Assembly: GCF_006345805.1 (NCBI RefSeq)
Contig: NW_021834653.1
Location: forward strand, 1-43,548
Reading direction: 5' to 3'
From: Octopus sinensis
Taxonomy: Eukaryota
DNA: 43,548 nucleotides
Each line of letters opens with the position of its first letter. Positions within the stretch are counted from its first letter, which is position 1. The notes beneath the pieces were generated by a model. That model did no database searches and was not told the origin of the DNA. It saw nothing but the letters and a program-made list of their open reading frames with translations. Positions 24,497-36,357 of the stretch are shown here, piece after piece. Position numbers and translations under genes: made by a program.

Positions 24497-25011
24497 ATAT
24501 ATATGTATGTGTATGTATACGTATATATGTAGATATATATATACATAAACATATATATGTATGTATAATGCATACGTATATATGTAGATTCGTACATAAA
24601 CATATATACATGTATATGTATGTGTATGTTTGTGCATATATATTATATATATATAGATATATATATATATATATATTTATATTATATATATATATATATA
24701 TGTATATATATGTATGGTGTGTGAGTCTGTGTAATCTACCTATATATCGCCGTCTCTAGCGACCGAGTGACCTTCATTGACAAGACCAAACAAGGTCGCA
24801 ATCACGTCATCTGATGATCTCCGCGCTGGAGATAACAGGGAATTATCTCCCCGCTAGCGATGGAAACAAGAGGACATTTTCACCAGAAAGCCAATATGAA
24901 AGATTCTCTGGAGGTAACTATCGCAACAAAGTTCATTCCAATCGAACATTCACGTTTAAGTTGGTATACATATTCCTTTTGGGTATTAATTTAATACTGC
25001 CTCTGACGCTA

Positions 25012-25049
<38 letters not shown>

Positions 25050-25050
<1 letters not shown>

Positions 25051-25220
25051 TAGTTAATCCAAACAAGAAAGCACAAAAAAACACAACAACGCGAGGACGT
25101 GGAACAAATATAGTATTATTGGACGCTCAGGAAAGAAGGAAAGAAGGAGGGTTTAGAGTTTCGAGCGGAGCTCTTCGTCGGAAACAAAGGAGAAGGAAAG
25201 AACCAGAGAAGGGAAGACAG
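25050..25220 (-). mobile_element. Short Penelope-like terminal segment embedded in (TA)n
   Basis: Flanked by TA repeats and contains a minimal hammerhead-like motif. Confidence 0.65.
25153..25190 (-). ncRNA. Minimal type I hammerhead ribozyme-like motif, probably inactivated
   Basis: Minus strand reads GTTT-CCGACGA-A-GAGC-TCC-GCTC-GAAAC-TCT-AAAC. Core CYGANGA, 4-bp stem II, GAAA and 4-bp stem I are present; the stem III/cleavage triplet is non-canonical. Confidence 0.55.
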
Positions 25221-25242
25221 GTACATATATATATATATATAA

Positions 25243-25464
25243 TCGATGGTAGTCAATTTGCTGAATAAGAATTCTCTCCATTTTCTGCTTAAGTAAAATT
25301 TGATTCCTGCTATACTCTTCTTTATCTTTGTTATTGCCTGTAACCTATCAGCATAGTGTGATTGAATACCCATGCCCAGGGTTAACATAGGTAATTTATA
25401 TTGGTAGTAAAAATGTATAATCGTAACCCTTAGACGGTTATTCCAACCGCTAACACTACTATCC

Positions 25465-25511
<47 letters not shown>

Positions 25512-25860
25512 CTTAGAAGGTTGTTTCTTAAGGATGTTCAGAGAGTTACCATTGTGTTCGCACTGATAAAACTCTTGGTTGTTTTGGCGACTCGTCAAAC
25601 TTTTTTTCTGTTTATAACCGTAACTGAACTTGACCTATTCCTTCCTCCACTTGTTGGGAGGTTATGTGTCTCCGGCCAACGAGTCTGGCGAGTTGCCTAT
25701 CCAGATAAGAAGAGCTTTATAGGTGCGAAACCAAATGTTACCCTTCGACCGGCCATAACAGTCATCAGCCTTCTGAATATAACACTCCAAAATTTTTAGA
25801 GTATGGTTCTTTTTCGGAAATATGAACCACTGACCTATATCTTCACTATTATATGTATGT
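25243..25860. mobile_element. Possible decayed Penelope-like N-terminal/pLTR fragment, interrupted by (GT)n
   Basis: Plus-strand NKNSLHFLLK*NLIP loosely resembles the PLE N-terminal H..FL..C....IP motif. Lies next to other PLE pieces. Confidence 0.3.
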
Positions 25861-25952
25861 AGGTATATACATATATATATATGTGTGTGTGTGTGTATGT
25901 ATATAATATTGTCATTATGTATATGTGCATATATATGTATATACGTACATGC

Positions 25953-26031
<79 letters not shown>

Positions 26032-26096
26032 TAGATATATACATATATATGTATATATAGAGATAGATAGATATATACAAACATACATACATACAC

Positions 26097-26131
<35 letters not shown>

Positions 26132-26339
26132 CATACATACATACATACATACATATACATACATACATACATACATACATATACATCCATCTATGTTTAT
26201 AAAAGATATGTATGTATCAATTATTATCATTATGAAAACAACTTGACGTTTGACCTTTTCAACAATTAAAATATCATTTGTGTTTTGTGCACACCGTTTT
26301 GTTGTGTTTAATATTTTTGCTGCTGCTCTAAGGTAGGTA

Positions 26340-27507
26340 TCGCTGGTGGTGGTGATGATGATGATGATGATAATTCCTCCTCCTCCTCCTCCTCATCATC
26401 ATCATCATCATCTTCCTCATTATGATTATGATGTCGATTATGATGATTATGATTATGATGTTGGTGCTGATGATGGTGATGATATTGTAGCAAATAATGA
26501 TACACTTATATTTTTCTAGTTCTACAATCCTACAATCATCATCATTTTCATCACCATCATCATCATCATCATCATCATCATCACCTTCATCATTATCATC
26601 ATCATCACCTCACCTTCATCAATATCATCATCATCATCACCTTCATCAATATCATCATCATCATCATCATCATCATCACCTTCATCAATATCATCATCAT
26701 CATCATCATTATCATCATCAACATCATCACCTTCATCAATATCATCCTCAGCAGCAGCAGCATCATAATCATCATCATCCTTTACATTGTTGTCATGGAG
26801 ACCTCCCACCTCCACATTATTATCATTATCATCATGATCATCACCATCATAATCAGCAACATATGGATCATCATTTTCACATTCTCATCAACCATCGCCA
26901 CCATCATCACTATGCCCATCACCGTCGTCACCTTCATCTTTATCCTCATCATCATTGTCATCATCATCATCATCATCATCATCGTCGTCGTCGTCGTCGT
27001 CATCAACGTCATCATCACCATTACCACCACCACCACCACCACCATCACCATCCCCTCTACCATCATCATTATCATCATCATCGTCAACGCTGTTGTCGTC
27101 ATCATCACCATCATCATCATCAGTATTTTTATGTACAAGTATTTCGTTTTTATATATATTTCTTTATTTCATTATATATTTATATATATTGGTCGGTATT
27201 TCTACTTCAGTTTCAAACACCCACTTCTAGTACACGATTGCTACTTCCACTCCTTCCTGGACCACCTCCAGCAACACGACTATATTTATATATTTATAAC
27301 TTTTATTTCAGTATTTATTTATTTATTTACTTTGTTCCTCTCGGTTTCTATTTTCGATTATCTTCACACCACGAATTAAACGGCATTTACGAACACAATG
27401 CGTGAAAATGGTGCTTAAATAAGATTACCAACAACAATAATAATACTAATAATAATAATAATAAGAAGAAGAAGAAGAAAAAGAAGAAGCAGAAGAAGAA
27501 CAACAAC

Positions 27508-27550
<43 letters not shown>

Positions 27551-27992
27551 GTAGTAGTAGTATAGTAGTAGTAGTAGTAGTAGTGATGATGATGATGATC
27601 ATCATCATCATGAAGAGTGTAAAAACAGTTACAAAAATAGCATCAAGTCAGAAATAATAATAACATTAATTGAAATAATACTAGTTAAAGTAATAGCTAT
27701 GATGTTGATGATGATGATGATTTTGGTGGTGGTGGTGGTGGTGGTGGTGATGATGATGATGTTGATGATGATGCTGATGATGGTAGTGGTGGTTGTGATG
27801 ATATCGATGACGATGATGAGGTTGATGATGATGATGATGATGATGACGATGAGGCTGATGATGATGAGGACGATAATGATGATGATGAGGACGATAATGA
27901 TGATGACTATGATGATGATGATAATTACAACAATAATATCAGCAACTATTATTATTATTATTATTATTATTATCATATTTTTTATTATTATT

Positions 27993-28082
<90 letters not shown>

Positions 28083-28330
28083 TTCATTATTATTATGATT
28101 GAATTACAACAGCGAATTATTGACTTGAAGAGTAACTAGATTTTCGAGATAATCATGACGAAAATAAATTATAATAAAAATTTCAAGAATGATGAACGTA
28201 ATAATAATAATAATAATAATAATAATACGATGACGATGATAATGTTAATGTAGGCGGTATTGTTGTTGTTGTTATTGTTGTAGTTGTTGTTGTTGTTGTG
28301 GTGGTGGTGGTGATGGTGGTGGTGGTGGTG
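26340..28330. repeat. Long compound trinucleotide microsatellite region (CAT, AAT, GAT, GGT, ATT)
   Basis: Directly visible, with short unique interruptions. Confidence 0.95.
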
Positions 28331-28685
28331 GCACAGATGAGAGGAAGCAAGAAGAGTGAAAATATAATTTTAGAAAAGAAATATGCTCTCCTGAAAATCA
28401 ATGACAAAACAAGGAATGGTGGTGGTGGTGGTGGTGGTAGTGGCGGAGGAAGGAGTGGGGCAAGTGAGTAAAAATAAATAAAAGATTTCAATAGCATTTC
28501 ATTCAGACAATGGTTCATTGCTATATGTGTCTATCAATATATATATATATATATTATATATATATATATATACGCAGACACACACATATATTTATACATA
28601 CATATATGCATATATATATATATATATAACATTTATATATACACACATATATATATGTATATACATATATATATACGTATGTAGA

Positions 28686-28727
<42 letters not shown>

Positions 28728-29323
28728 CACATATATATATAACATATACATATATATATATATATATATAGTGAGAGAGAGATGGAGGGAGAAACAGAGA
28801 GAGAGAGGAAAAGAGTGAAGTGTGTATATATATATGTATGTATATCTATATAAACGTATAATTTGTATATATACATATATATAGTGTGAGAGAGAGGGGA
28901 GAGAAGAGAAAGAGAGAGAGAGAGGGAAAATGGAAGATAATGAAGTGTATATACATATCACCAATATGAAATTGTAATCAAAGCTATGATCGCATTATAT
29001 ATAAGTATATTTCTATACTCGTTCTCTATTCTTCCACCTCAACCACCACCATTCTACTTGATCGCAAATTTGGTTACAGTTTTCACTTCATACCCAGTAT
29101 GTCTGTATGCTGCGCTATATTTATACACAAGACCATTTACGTAAATGTAGATTGGTCAATGTTGATCGCAATTAGATTACCTACATGTGGCAACTGATAC
29201 TAAAACTCAACTGCCAAATGTAAGTAAGCAAATCCTGATAGTGGCTTTAACGAACGTGGAAACCCATCTACTGAGCAGAACTCAGACTTGCTTTCTTGCC
29301 GTTGAGATCCTTACAGTTTTTTT

Positions 29324-30030
29324 TTCACCCTTGTTGTTTACAACTTCTTCCCAACTTTCAACAAGGTTTTCAATACTTCTTTGGTAGAAATCCCCCGATT
29401 TTGATTCGAAAAATTGATCCAACCAAACTTTCAATTCTGCATCAGTATTGAACGAAACTCCGCGTATAGCATATAAAAATAATCTTATGCATTAGGTTAG
29501 CAACTAAGTTCCCGCCATTTTTTAAAATTTAAATTTTTTATAAGGTTTAATAAAAAAAATAACTAATTAATCAATAACGCATTCACCCTTGTTGTTTACA
29601 ACTTCTTCCCAACTTTCAACAAGGTTTTCAATACCTCTTTGGTAGAAATACCCCGATTTTGATTCGAAAAATTGACCCAACCAAACTTTCAATTCTACGT
29701 CAGTAATGAACGAAACTCCGCGTATAGCATTTGAAAGAGATCGAAAGAGGTGGAAATCCGTTGGTGCCAAATCAGGAGAGTACGGCGGGTATGGCAACAC
29801 TTCCCAGCCATGCGATTGAATGGCTTCCTTGGTCATATTGGCGATATGAGGGTGGGCGTTGTCGTGCAGCAGGAGAACTCCATGCTGCTGATTGGGTCTT
29901 TTCTTTTGAACAGCCGTGTTGAGTCGTTTCATCTGTTGAACATAGAGTTCCGCGTTGACTGTTTGGTTCCGTTCAAGCAATTCATAATGGATAATCCCTT
30001 TCCAGTCCTACAATACACACATCGCGTGGC
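29324..30030 (-). mobile_element. Mariner (D,D34D, SETMAR/Hsmar-like) transposon 3' part with TIR and an adjacent 149-bp duplicate
   Basis: WKGIIHYELLERNQTVNAELY..LLHDNAHPH..PYSPDLAPTDFHLFRSL..KGECVID*. TIR-like ATTAGGTTAGCAACTAAGTTCCCGCC near 29491. 29324-29472 duplicates 29582-29730. Confidence 0.93.
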
Positions 30031-30124
30031 TGGAACGAGTAAAATAGTAAAAGAGGGAAATACACACATACACACACACGCATATACGCACACACGCACA
30101 GGTATATATGTATGTATATATATA

Positions 30125-30164
<40 letters not shown>

Positions 30165-30415
30165 CGCATACACACCCATATAAATTGTCGCCACAGATTG
30201 ACAAACCAGTAAGTTGGGTCACGAGGTACTCTTATTATATCACTTTACCGATCTATTCTCCTCCCCCCTCCATCTCCTTCCCCCTCCTCCTTCTTTCAGA
30301 ATGTCAATTCCATTAATGGGTCGCACTGACATCTCATGTTTTATTCAAGAAAGGAAAATGTTAACCATTTACCTTATCGAAGAATAAATGTAAAATATAT
30401 ACATACACACCACAC

Positions 30416-30449
<34 letters not shown>

Positions 30450-30654
30450 TACACATACACACACACTCACACACACTCAGACACACACACACACACACAC
30501 ACACCACACAAACATACGCATGTGTGAGTATTTACGTATATGTGCGTATGTATATATGCATTGTTATATATATATAAATATATATATGTATATATATATA
30601 TGTTTTATACACGCACACATATTGATATATATATATACATATATATCTATTTGT

Positions 30655-30685
<31 letters not shown>

Positions 30686-30689
30686 GGGA

Positions 30690-30884
30690 GAGAGAGAGAG
30701 AAAGAAAGAAAGCAAGAAAGAAAGAAAGAAAGAAAGCAAAAAGAAAGCAAGAAAGAAAGCAAGAAAGAAAGCAAGAAAGAAAGAAAGCAAGAAAGAAAGC
30801 AAGAAAGAAAGCAAGAAAGAAAGAAAGAAAGAAAGAAAGAACGAAAGAAAGAACGAAAGAAAGAACGAAAGAAAGAAAGAACGA

Positions 30885-30916
<32 letters not shown>

Positions 30917-30925
30917 AGAACGAAA

Positions 30926-30982
<57 letters not shown>

Positions 30983-31009
30983 ACGAAAGAAAGAAAGAAA
31001 GAAAGAACA

Positions 31010-31065
<56 letters not shown>

Positions 31066-31171
31066 ACGAAACAAAGAAAGAAAGAAAGAACGAAACAGAA
31101 AGAAAGAAGAAAAAAGAAAGAGAAAGAAAGAAAGAAAGAAAGAAAGGAAGAGAGAAAGAAAGAAAGAACGA

Positions 31172-31203
<32 letters not shown>

Positions 31204-31250
31204 ACGAAACAAAGAAAGAAAGAAAGAAAGAAAGAAAGGAAGAGAGAGTT
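30690..31250. repeat. (GAAA)n polypurine tract, about 560 bp
   Basis: Directly visible. Confidence 0.97.
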
Positions 31251-31435
31251 GTATATATATAAAGCATAAGCATAAATATGTACAGATAATGAGGGGGAAA
31301 AGAGAGAGAGAGAGGAGATAAGACAGACAGTCGGACAGACAGGCTGAGAGATACATGCATACATACATACATGTATGTTATATAAATATGTATGTGAATA
31401 TGTGTAGCTACACATGTGTGCGGGTGAATGCTTCT

Positions 31436-31470
<35 letters not shown>

Positions 31471-31770
31471 ATGAATGCATGTGTGTGTGTACATCCATAA
31501 ACTATTGCGATTTGAAATTCAGTGAAGAGAATGCCTCCCCAAAGACTAAATTCGTGTCATCGGCATCACCGACCGCGTGCGGTCATATCTCATCTTACAT
31601 CATATCTCATGTTCTATTGACGTCATTACGTGAGAATATCGCTTTGTGATAATACATACTTGTATATGTATCCGTGTGTGTGTGAGTGTCTGTGTGTGTA
31701 TGTATGTGTGTATGTGTGTGGTAACGTGTGAAGGGCTGATGCTGGCCGATCATTCTGTGTAACTTTTTAG

Positions 31771-31993
31771 CAGGTACTACATAAGCGTAATAGAAATCCC
31801 AGGAGAGGTTCCAAAATCAACAGGCGAAAATTACTTCGGCACAGTTTCTCCATTGGCGTCATTGATATCCTTAATCTGGTGGTGACAAGGAACCAATATT
31901 ACGAAACACATAAATATATAAAGCACACGTGTCGAAAGTTTAATGAATACAAACAACAACAACAATCCTTTTTTCACATTAACGAAACTATTG
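31771..31993 (+). other. Candidate host-gene exon, product unknown
   Basis: Acceptor TTTTTAG|CAG| and donor TTG|GTAAGT. One frame is open throughout (74 codons). No family recognised. Confidence 0.3.
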
Positions 31994-32329
31994 GTAAGTG
32001 CAGCCTTTAACTCTTGTAAAGGTCGACTACAATACAAACGCCCAGATGGATTTTAATATGATCTTCTGTGCACAATATAATATTTAAAATTCAGAAAAAC
32101 AAGTCCCAGTAGATATTGCAGGGTGGTACAATTGCAACATATAAAAATATGTTGATATTTGCGTATTTTATTCAGGCAGTTCTCAATTGTCTTGGTTTTT
32201 TTTCTTGCCCCTGGAGACCAGAAAATCAAGAAGAGAGTATGGGGTAGTTGCTGTACAATTCTGGTTAATCCACATTTGTTTGTAAGGAGCATAGGACCGA
32301 TTTCTCTGACCTGTATGTATTCCTTCCTT

Positions 32330-32510
32330 CGATGGGTTGCCGCCGATCCGTCACAAGATTACTCTTTTTCGCCAGCTGAGTGAACTGGAGCAACTTGAAA
32401 TGAAGTGCATTGCTCAAGATCACGACACATCACCCGATCCAGGAAGGGAAACCACAATCAAAAAGTCATGAATGCAACACCGTAACAACTAAGCCGTGCG
32501 CCTCCACTAT
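32330..32510 (-). mobile_element. SINE, core D with tail 4
   Basis: CAGCTGAGTGAACTGGAGCAACTTGAAATGAAGTG..GCTCAAGATCACGAC..AACTAAGCCGTGCGCCTCC. Confidence 0.8.
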
Positions 32511-32544
32511 ATAATTCTACCACACCTTAAAAATCTTGTACAAG

Positions 32545-32715
32545 TGAGGGGTGCTGAAAAGTTCTTGGCTTTAAGGGTCTCACGAAAGGCCTGGCTGGAG
32601 ACACAACTTTTCGAGTTCATTTACAGAGCTAAAAAAATCTGAAGGACTGCTGCAATAAGTGTGTGAATCTTGGGATGGAATATGTTGAATAAAATCATAA
32701 TTAGCTCATCCTCCA
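32545..32715 (+). mobile_element. Mariner-derived MITE, truncated
   Basis: GAGGGGTGCTGAAAAGTTC terminus, plus a remnant resembling the transposase C-terminus (..CNKCVNL.GEYVE*). Confidence 0.6.
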
Positions 32716-33239
32716 TGTGAATGCCCTTTGACGGTAGACGAGTGTCAGTGACAACAGGCCTGGATAACCGGAAGCTCAGGGTATGTGTTCATTGTTTGAC
32801 ACAGGAGGTAGTGCTGAACGGTGGATCCTCAAGTATCTGAGCAGCCCTATTGCTATTCCCTGCCCCTATTGAAACCGTCGGTTTTATACCAATATTGGCG
32901 TAATAAGCCACCCGAGGATCCGCAAATGCTGAAGAGACATGAAGGATGAACAGACAGTTGCAGACAATATAAAACAAGTCATACACGGTACGTGAAAACA
33001 GCTATGATGTTTTACTATTTGCCAATATAATGGAAACCTAATTTAAACATTCTATAATGACATTTATAACATCAATACATGAGCAAAATAAATAGCGGCT
33101 AATCTTAACAAAGACAACAAGTTCAGCTGCAAACACATACATTACACTCAAAGATCATAGGACGTCGGTTTATTAGCCCTGCCAAAACTGAATTACGATT
33201 AAGAAACAAAATAAATAAATAAATAAATCAAATATTCTT

Positions 33240-33633
33240 TTTTCCTCTAGGCACAGGGCCAGAAATTTTGTGGGAGGGGGGCCAATCGATTAGATCGACC
33301 CCAGTACGCAACTGTTACTTAATTTATCGACCTCGACAGGATGAAAGGCAAAGTCAACCTTGGCGGAATTTGAACTCAGAATGTAAGGACAGATAAAATA
33401 CCTATTTCTTTATTACCCACAAGGGGCTAAACACAGAGGGGACAAACAAGGACAGACATAGGTATTAAGTCGATTACATCGACCCCAGTGCGTAACTGGT
33501 ACTTAATTTATCGACCCCGAAAGGATGAAAGGCAAAGTCGACCTCGGCGGAATTTGAACTCAGAACCTAACGGCAGACGAAATACCGTTAAGCATTTCGC
33601 CCGGCGTGCTAACGTTTCTGCCAAGACGCCGCC
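33240..33633 (-). mobile_element. Two tandem family C SINEs (33240-33397 5'-truncated; 33398-33633 full length)
   Basis: Both contain GGATGAAAGGCAAAGTC(G/A)ACCT(C/T)GGCGGAATTTGAACTCAGAA. The second extends to the GGCGGCG head. Confidence 0.92.
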
Positions 33634-33824
33634 TTAAATAGATAAAAACATTAAACTAAGTACAAATGTAGAAAAGAAAACTTCATTTTTTGTGGGGTAA
33701 ATTGTTTTAAACAAATCGTGAGTAAACACCTAAGCAAATTTATCCATTTTACCACGTTGATCTTTATCTAACATCAATGATCGTTTCTATAAAGCCATAA
33801 AGTTTACATGTACGTTTTCAAAAA

Positions 33825-33975
33825 TAATGGTTTCCAATTTGGGCACAAGGCCAGCAATTTCGAAGAGGGGTAAGTCAATTACAGCGACCCTAATGTCCAT
33901 CTGGTAATTATTTAATGACCCTCGAAGGATGAAAGGCAAAGTCGACCTCAGCGGAATTTAAACTCAGAACGTAAA
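33825..33975 (-). mobile_element. Family C SINE fragment
   Basis: GGATGAAAGGCAAAGTCGACCTCAGCGGAATTTAAACTCAGAAC. Confidence 0.85.
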
Positions 33976-33989
33976 TACATAATGATATG

Positions 33990-36233
33990 TGTATTGTGGA
34001 GATAATAGTAATAAGGGTACACCCTTCTCCCGTGACGAGTTGTATGTGCTAGTCGCTATAAATAAGGTGACGTCGATCAGTATAAACAGAGAGTACGAAG
34101 TAGACAGTCATAGATAGTTGTGGTCTTAGTTGTCTTACTAATTATAATGCTATGCAAGAGTTGGCGTTATAACAATCCGACATTAAAGATTGCAACAGTG
34201 GCGACGGGTAAGTAACAAACCCCAAAAAGTTTGGTTTTTTTAGAGCGAATTTTACGAGAAAAAAATCGTAAAATTATGGAAAATCTGTTGGCCGATTTGC
34301 TCGAGTTTCAAAAACAGCAACAACTGAAAGAACAACAACAGCAGCAGACACAACTGCAAGAACAACAGCAGAAACAACAACAATTACTATTACAGCAACA
34401 AATGCTGCAAGTAATGGAAAAATAAATCGTCAGGAAATACTTTTAAAATGTTCTCGCCAGGTTGTGTTGTGAACTAGACGAAGGAGTTGCCTTCGAGGCT
34501 TACTATAGATGATACGAACAAATCTTCAATAAAAAGTGCAGAGATTGGGACAACGATATGAAAACGCGATAAATCCTAAGAAAGTTGGCAGCAGTTGAAC
34601 ATGAGCGTTACAGCAATCACGTACTCCTGAAAAAAACATTCTGGCATAAACTTTAAAGCTACAATAGACATTTTGTGTAAAATGTTTAGTGAGAGAAGCT
34701 CGTTGTTCAATACACGTTGAAAATGTTTGAACCTGGAAAGGAACAATGAGGACAACATCACATATACTGGTAGAGTTAGATGAGAATGTGAAAAGTTCAA
34801 ACTGGACGAATTAACGCCAGATATGTTCAAGTGCCTGATATTGATTTACTCAGGGACTGTCTGCAGAAACAGACGCAGAAGAAAGAACAAGAATTCTCGC
34901 TAAGCTGGAACAAAACCAAGCTGTAACCTTACAAGTGTCAGAAGAGTGTGAAAGAATAGTAAGTTTAAGATACGACACGGAGAAAATTGAATATGAAGAT
35001 TGCTCCCAAGTGAAACAGGCAGAATAGAAATCAAGTGTGTACTAAAATACAGTAGGACAAGAATCAGGGAAAAGATCCATGTTTTGCATGTAGATGTCAA
35101 CACCTGAGGAAAAACTATCCATTTAAGAAAGCTTCTGTTGTGCGCACTGTAAAACCAAGATGATAAAACGTTGGAACAAAGAAAAAGAGTAAACAAGATG
35201 TCGTCGAAAGAAGATGGTAATGTGAAAAAGAGGAAATTCGTAAAAGTTAAAATTAAAAATATGAGGGAAAATGCAGTTAAACACTGGGAGTGATATTACC
35301 ATTGTGAATGAAGAAATTTGGAAATATATCGGTAAGCCGAAATTAAGTAAATCCACAAAGTAGCACACAATGTTACGAGTAAAAGATTGTGTGTTGTCGA
35401 TGAATTTGTGAGCAATGTAACGGTTTGTGACCAAATGAAAACGGCAAAAATGTATGTGCTAAAAAATTCAGTTAATCTAATCAGCACAGAGTGGATGGAG
35501 TTATTCAAATTGTGGAATCCGCCCATACGTGTTTTGTGTGGGAATATAGTCGGTTCGGCCGAAGGTTCGAATAAGGCTGAATGACTGAAACAAAAAGTAA
35601 AACATTTATTTCCAAATGTTTTCTCGGAAGAACTGTTGCACGTAAACAAAGCCAAAAATTGCAATAAAACGAAGTGTAACACCTGTATTTGAACCAAAAC
35701 AGAATGTGCCGTTCGCAGCAAAAGACCAGGTAAACTAGGAGCTTGAAAGTCTTGAAAACCTAGGAATAATCGAGAAGACGGACCACTCAGACTGGACATC
35801 ACCTACGGTCCACGTAAAAAAGAAAAATAACAAGTTAAGAGTTTGTGCAGATTTTTCAATATGTTTGAATAATTGCTTAATCTTACATAACAACCCACTA
35901 CTAAGTCCTGAAGATGTGTTTTCAAAACTGAATGGAGGGAAATTCTCCTCAAAATTAGACCTCTCGGAGGCATATCAACAAATCCAAATATAAGAAGAAC
36001 GCTCACGCTTGTTACCCATCAATACACACCGTGGCTTATTTAAATTTAAATTCCCTTCAGTGTAAAAGTGGCTCCTTCCATATTTCTGCAAATAATGGAT
36101 ACACTGCTGGGTGACAGTGATTTTACTATCGCCTATTTAGACGATATTATAATGAAAAGTCAATCACATGAACAACATGTAAAACACGTTAAAAGGGTAT
36201 TCGAGAGGATTAGAGAATACGGTTTCAAGTTAA
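33990..36233 (+). mobile_element. gag-pol: Ty3/Gypsy LTR retrotransposon, 3'-truncated: 5' LTR (33990-34197), PBS, degenerate gag and RT
   Basis: TG..CA LTR containing TATAAATA. PBS TGGCGACGGG. Gag remnants (FEAYYR, CEKFKL, FKCLI). RT motifs W.SP.V.VKK, RVCADFS, DLSEAYQQI, NTHRGLF, APSIFLQ and YLDD. No RNase H, integrase or 3' LTR. Confidence 0.95.
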
Positions 36234-36357
36234 TAAATATAGCAATTCGTAAACGTATAAACAGTTTTTCGTTTCATGAGGCAACAGTTTACAAAGTGAA
36301 ACAAACATAACCTCGCAGTCGTCTATAGCCATGTCAAAATCACAATAATACATAGAC

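Noticed and set aside
25743-25770. Hammerhead-like CTGAT-GACTG..CGGTC-GAAG (minus strand)
   Set aside because: The core lacks two nucleotides, has GAAG instead of GAAA, and there is no stem III or cleavage site.
3060-31498. Numerous long ORFs of poly-I/Y/H/S/D/M, YIHT, VCMY and ERKK type
   Set aside because: They are translations of microsatellites, open in several frames and on both strands, with no domain content.
32789-32986. ORF resembling a secreted peptide (MYDLFYIVCNCLFILHVSSAFA...)
   Set aside because: It starts at GTG, not ATG. The apparent signal peptide is a polypyrimidine-like tract, and another frame (STVQHYLLC) hints at a decayed LINE C-terminus. A small minus-strand exon here cannot be excluded.
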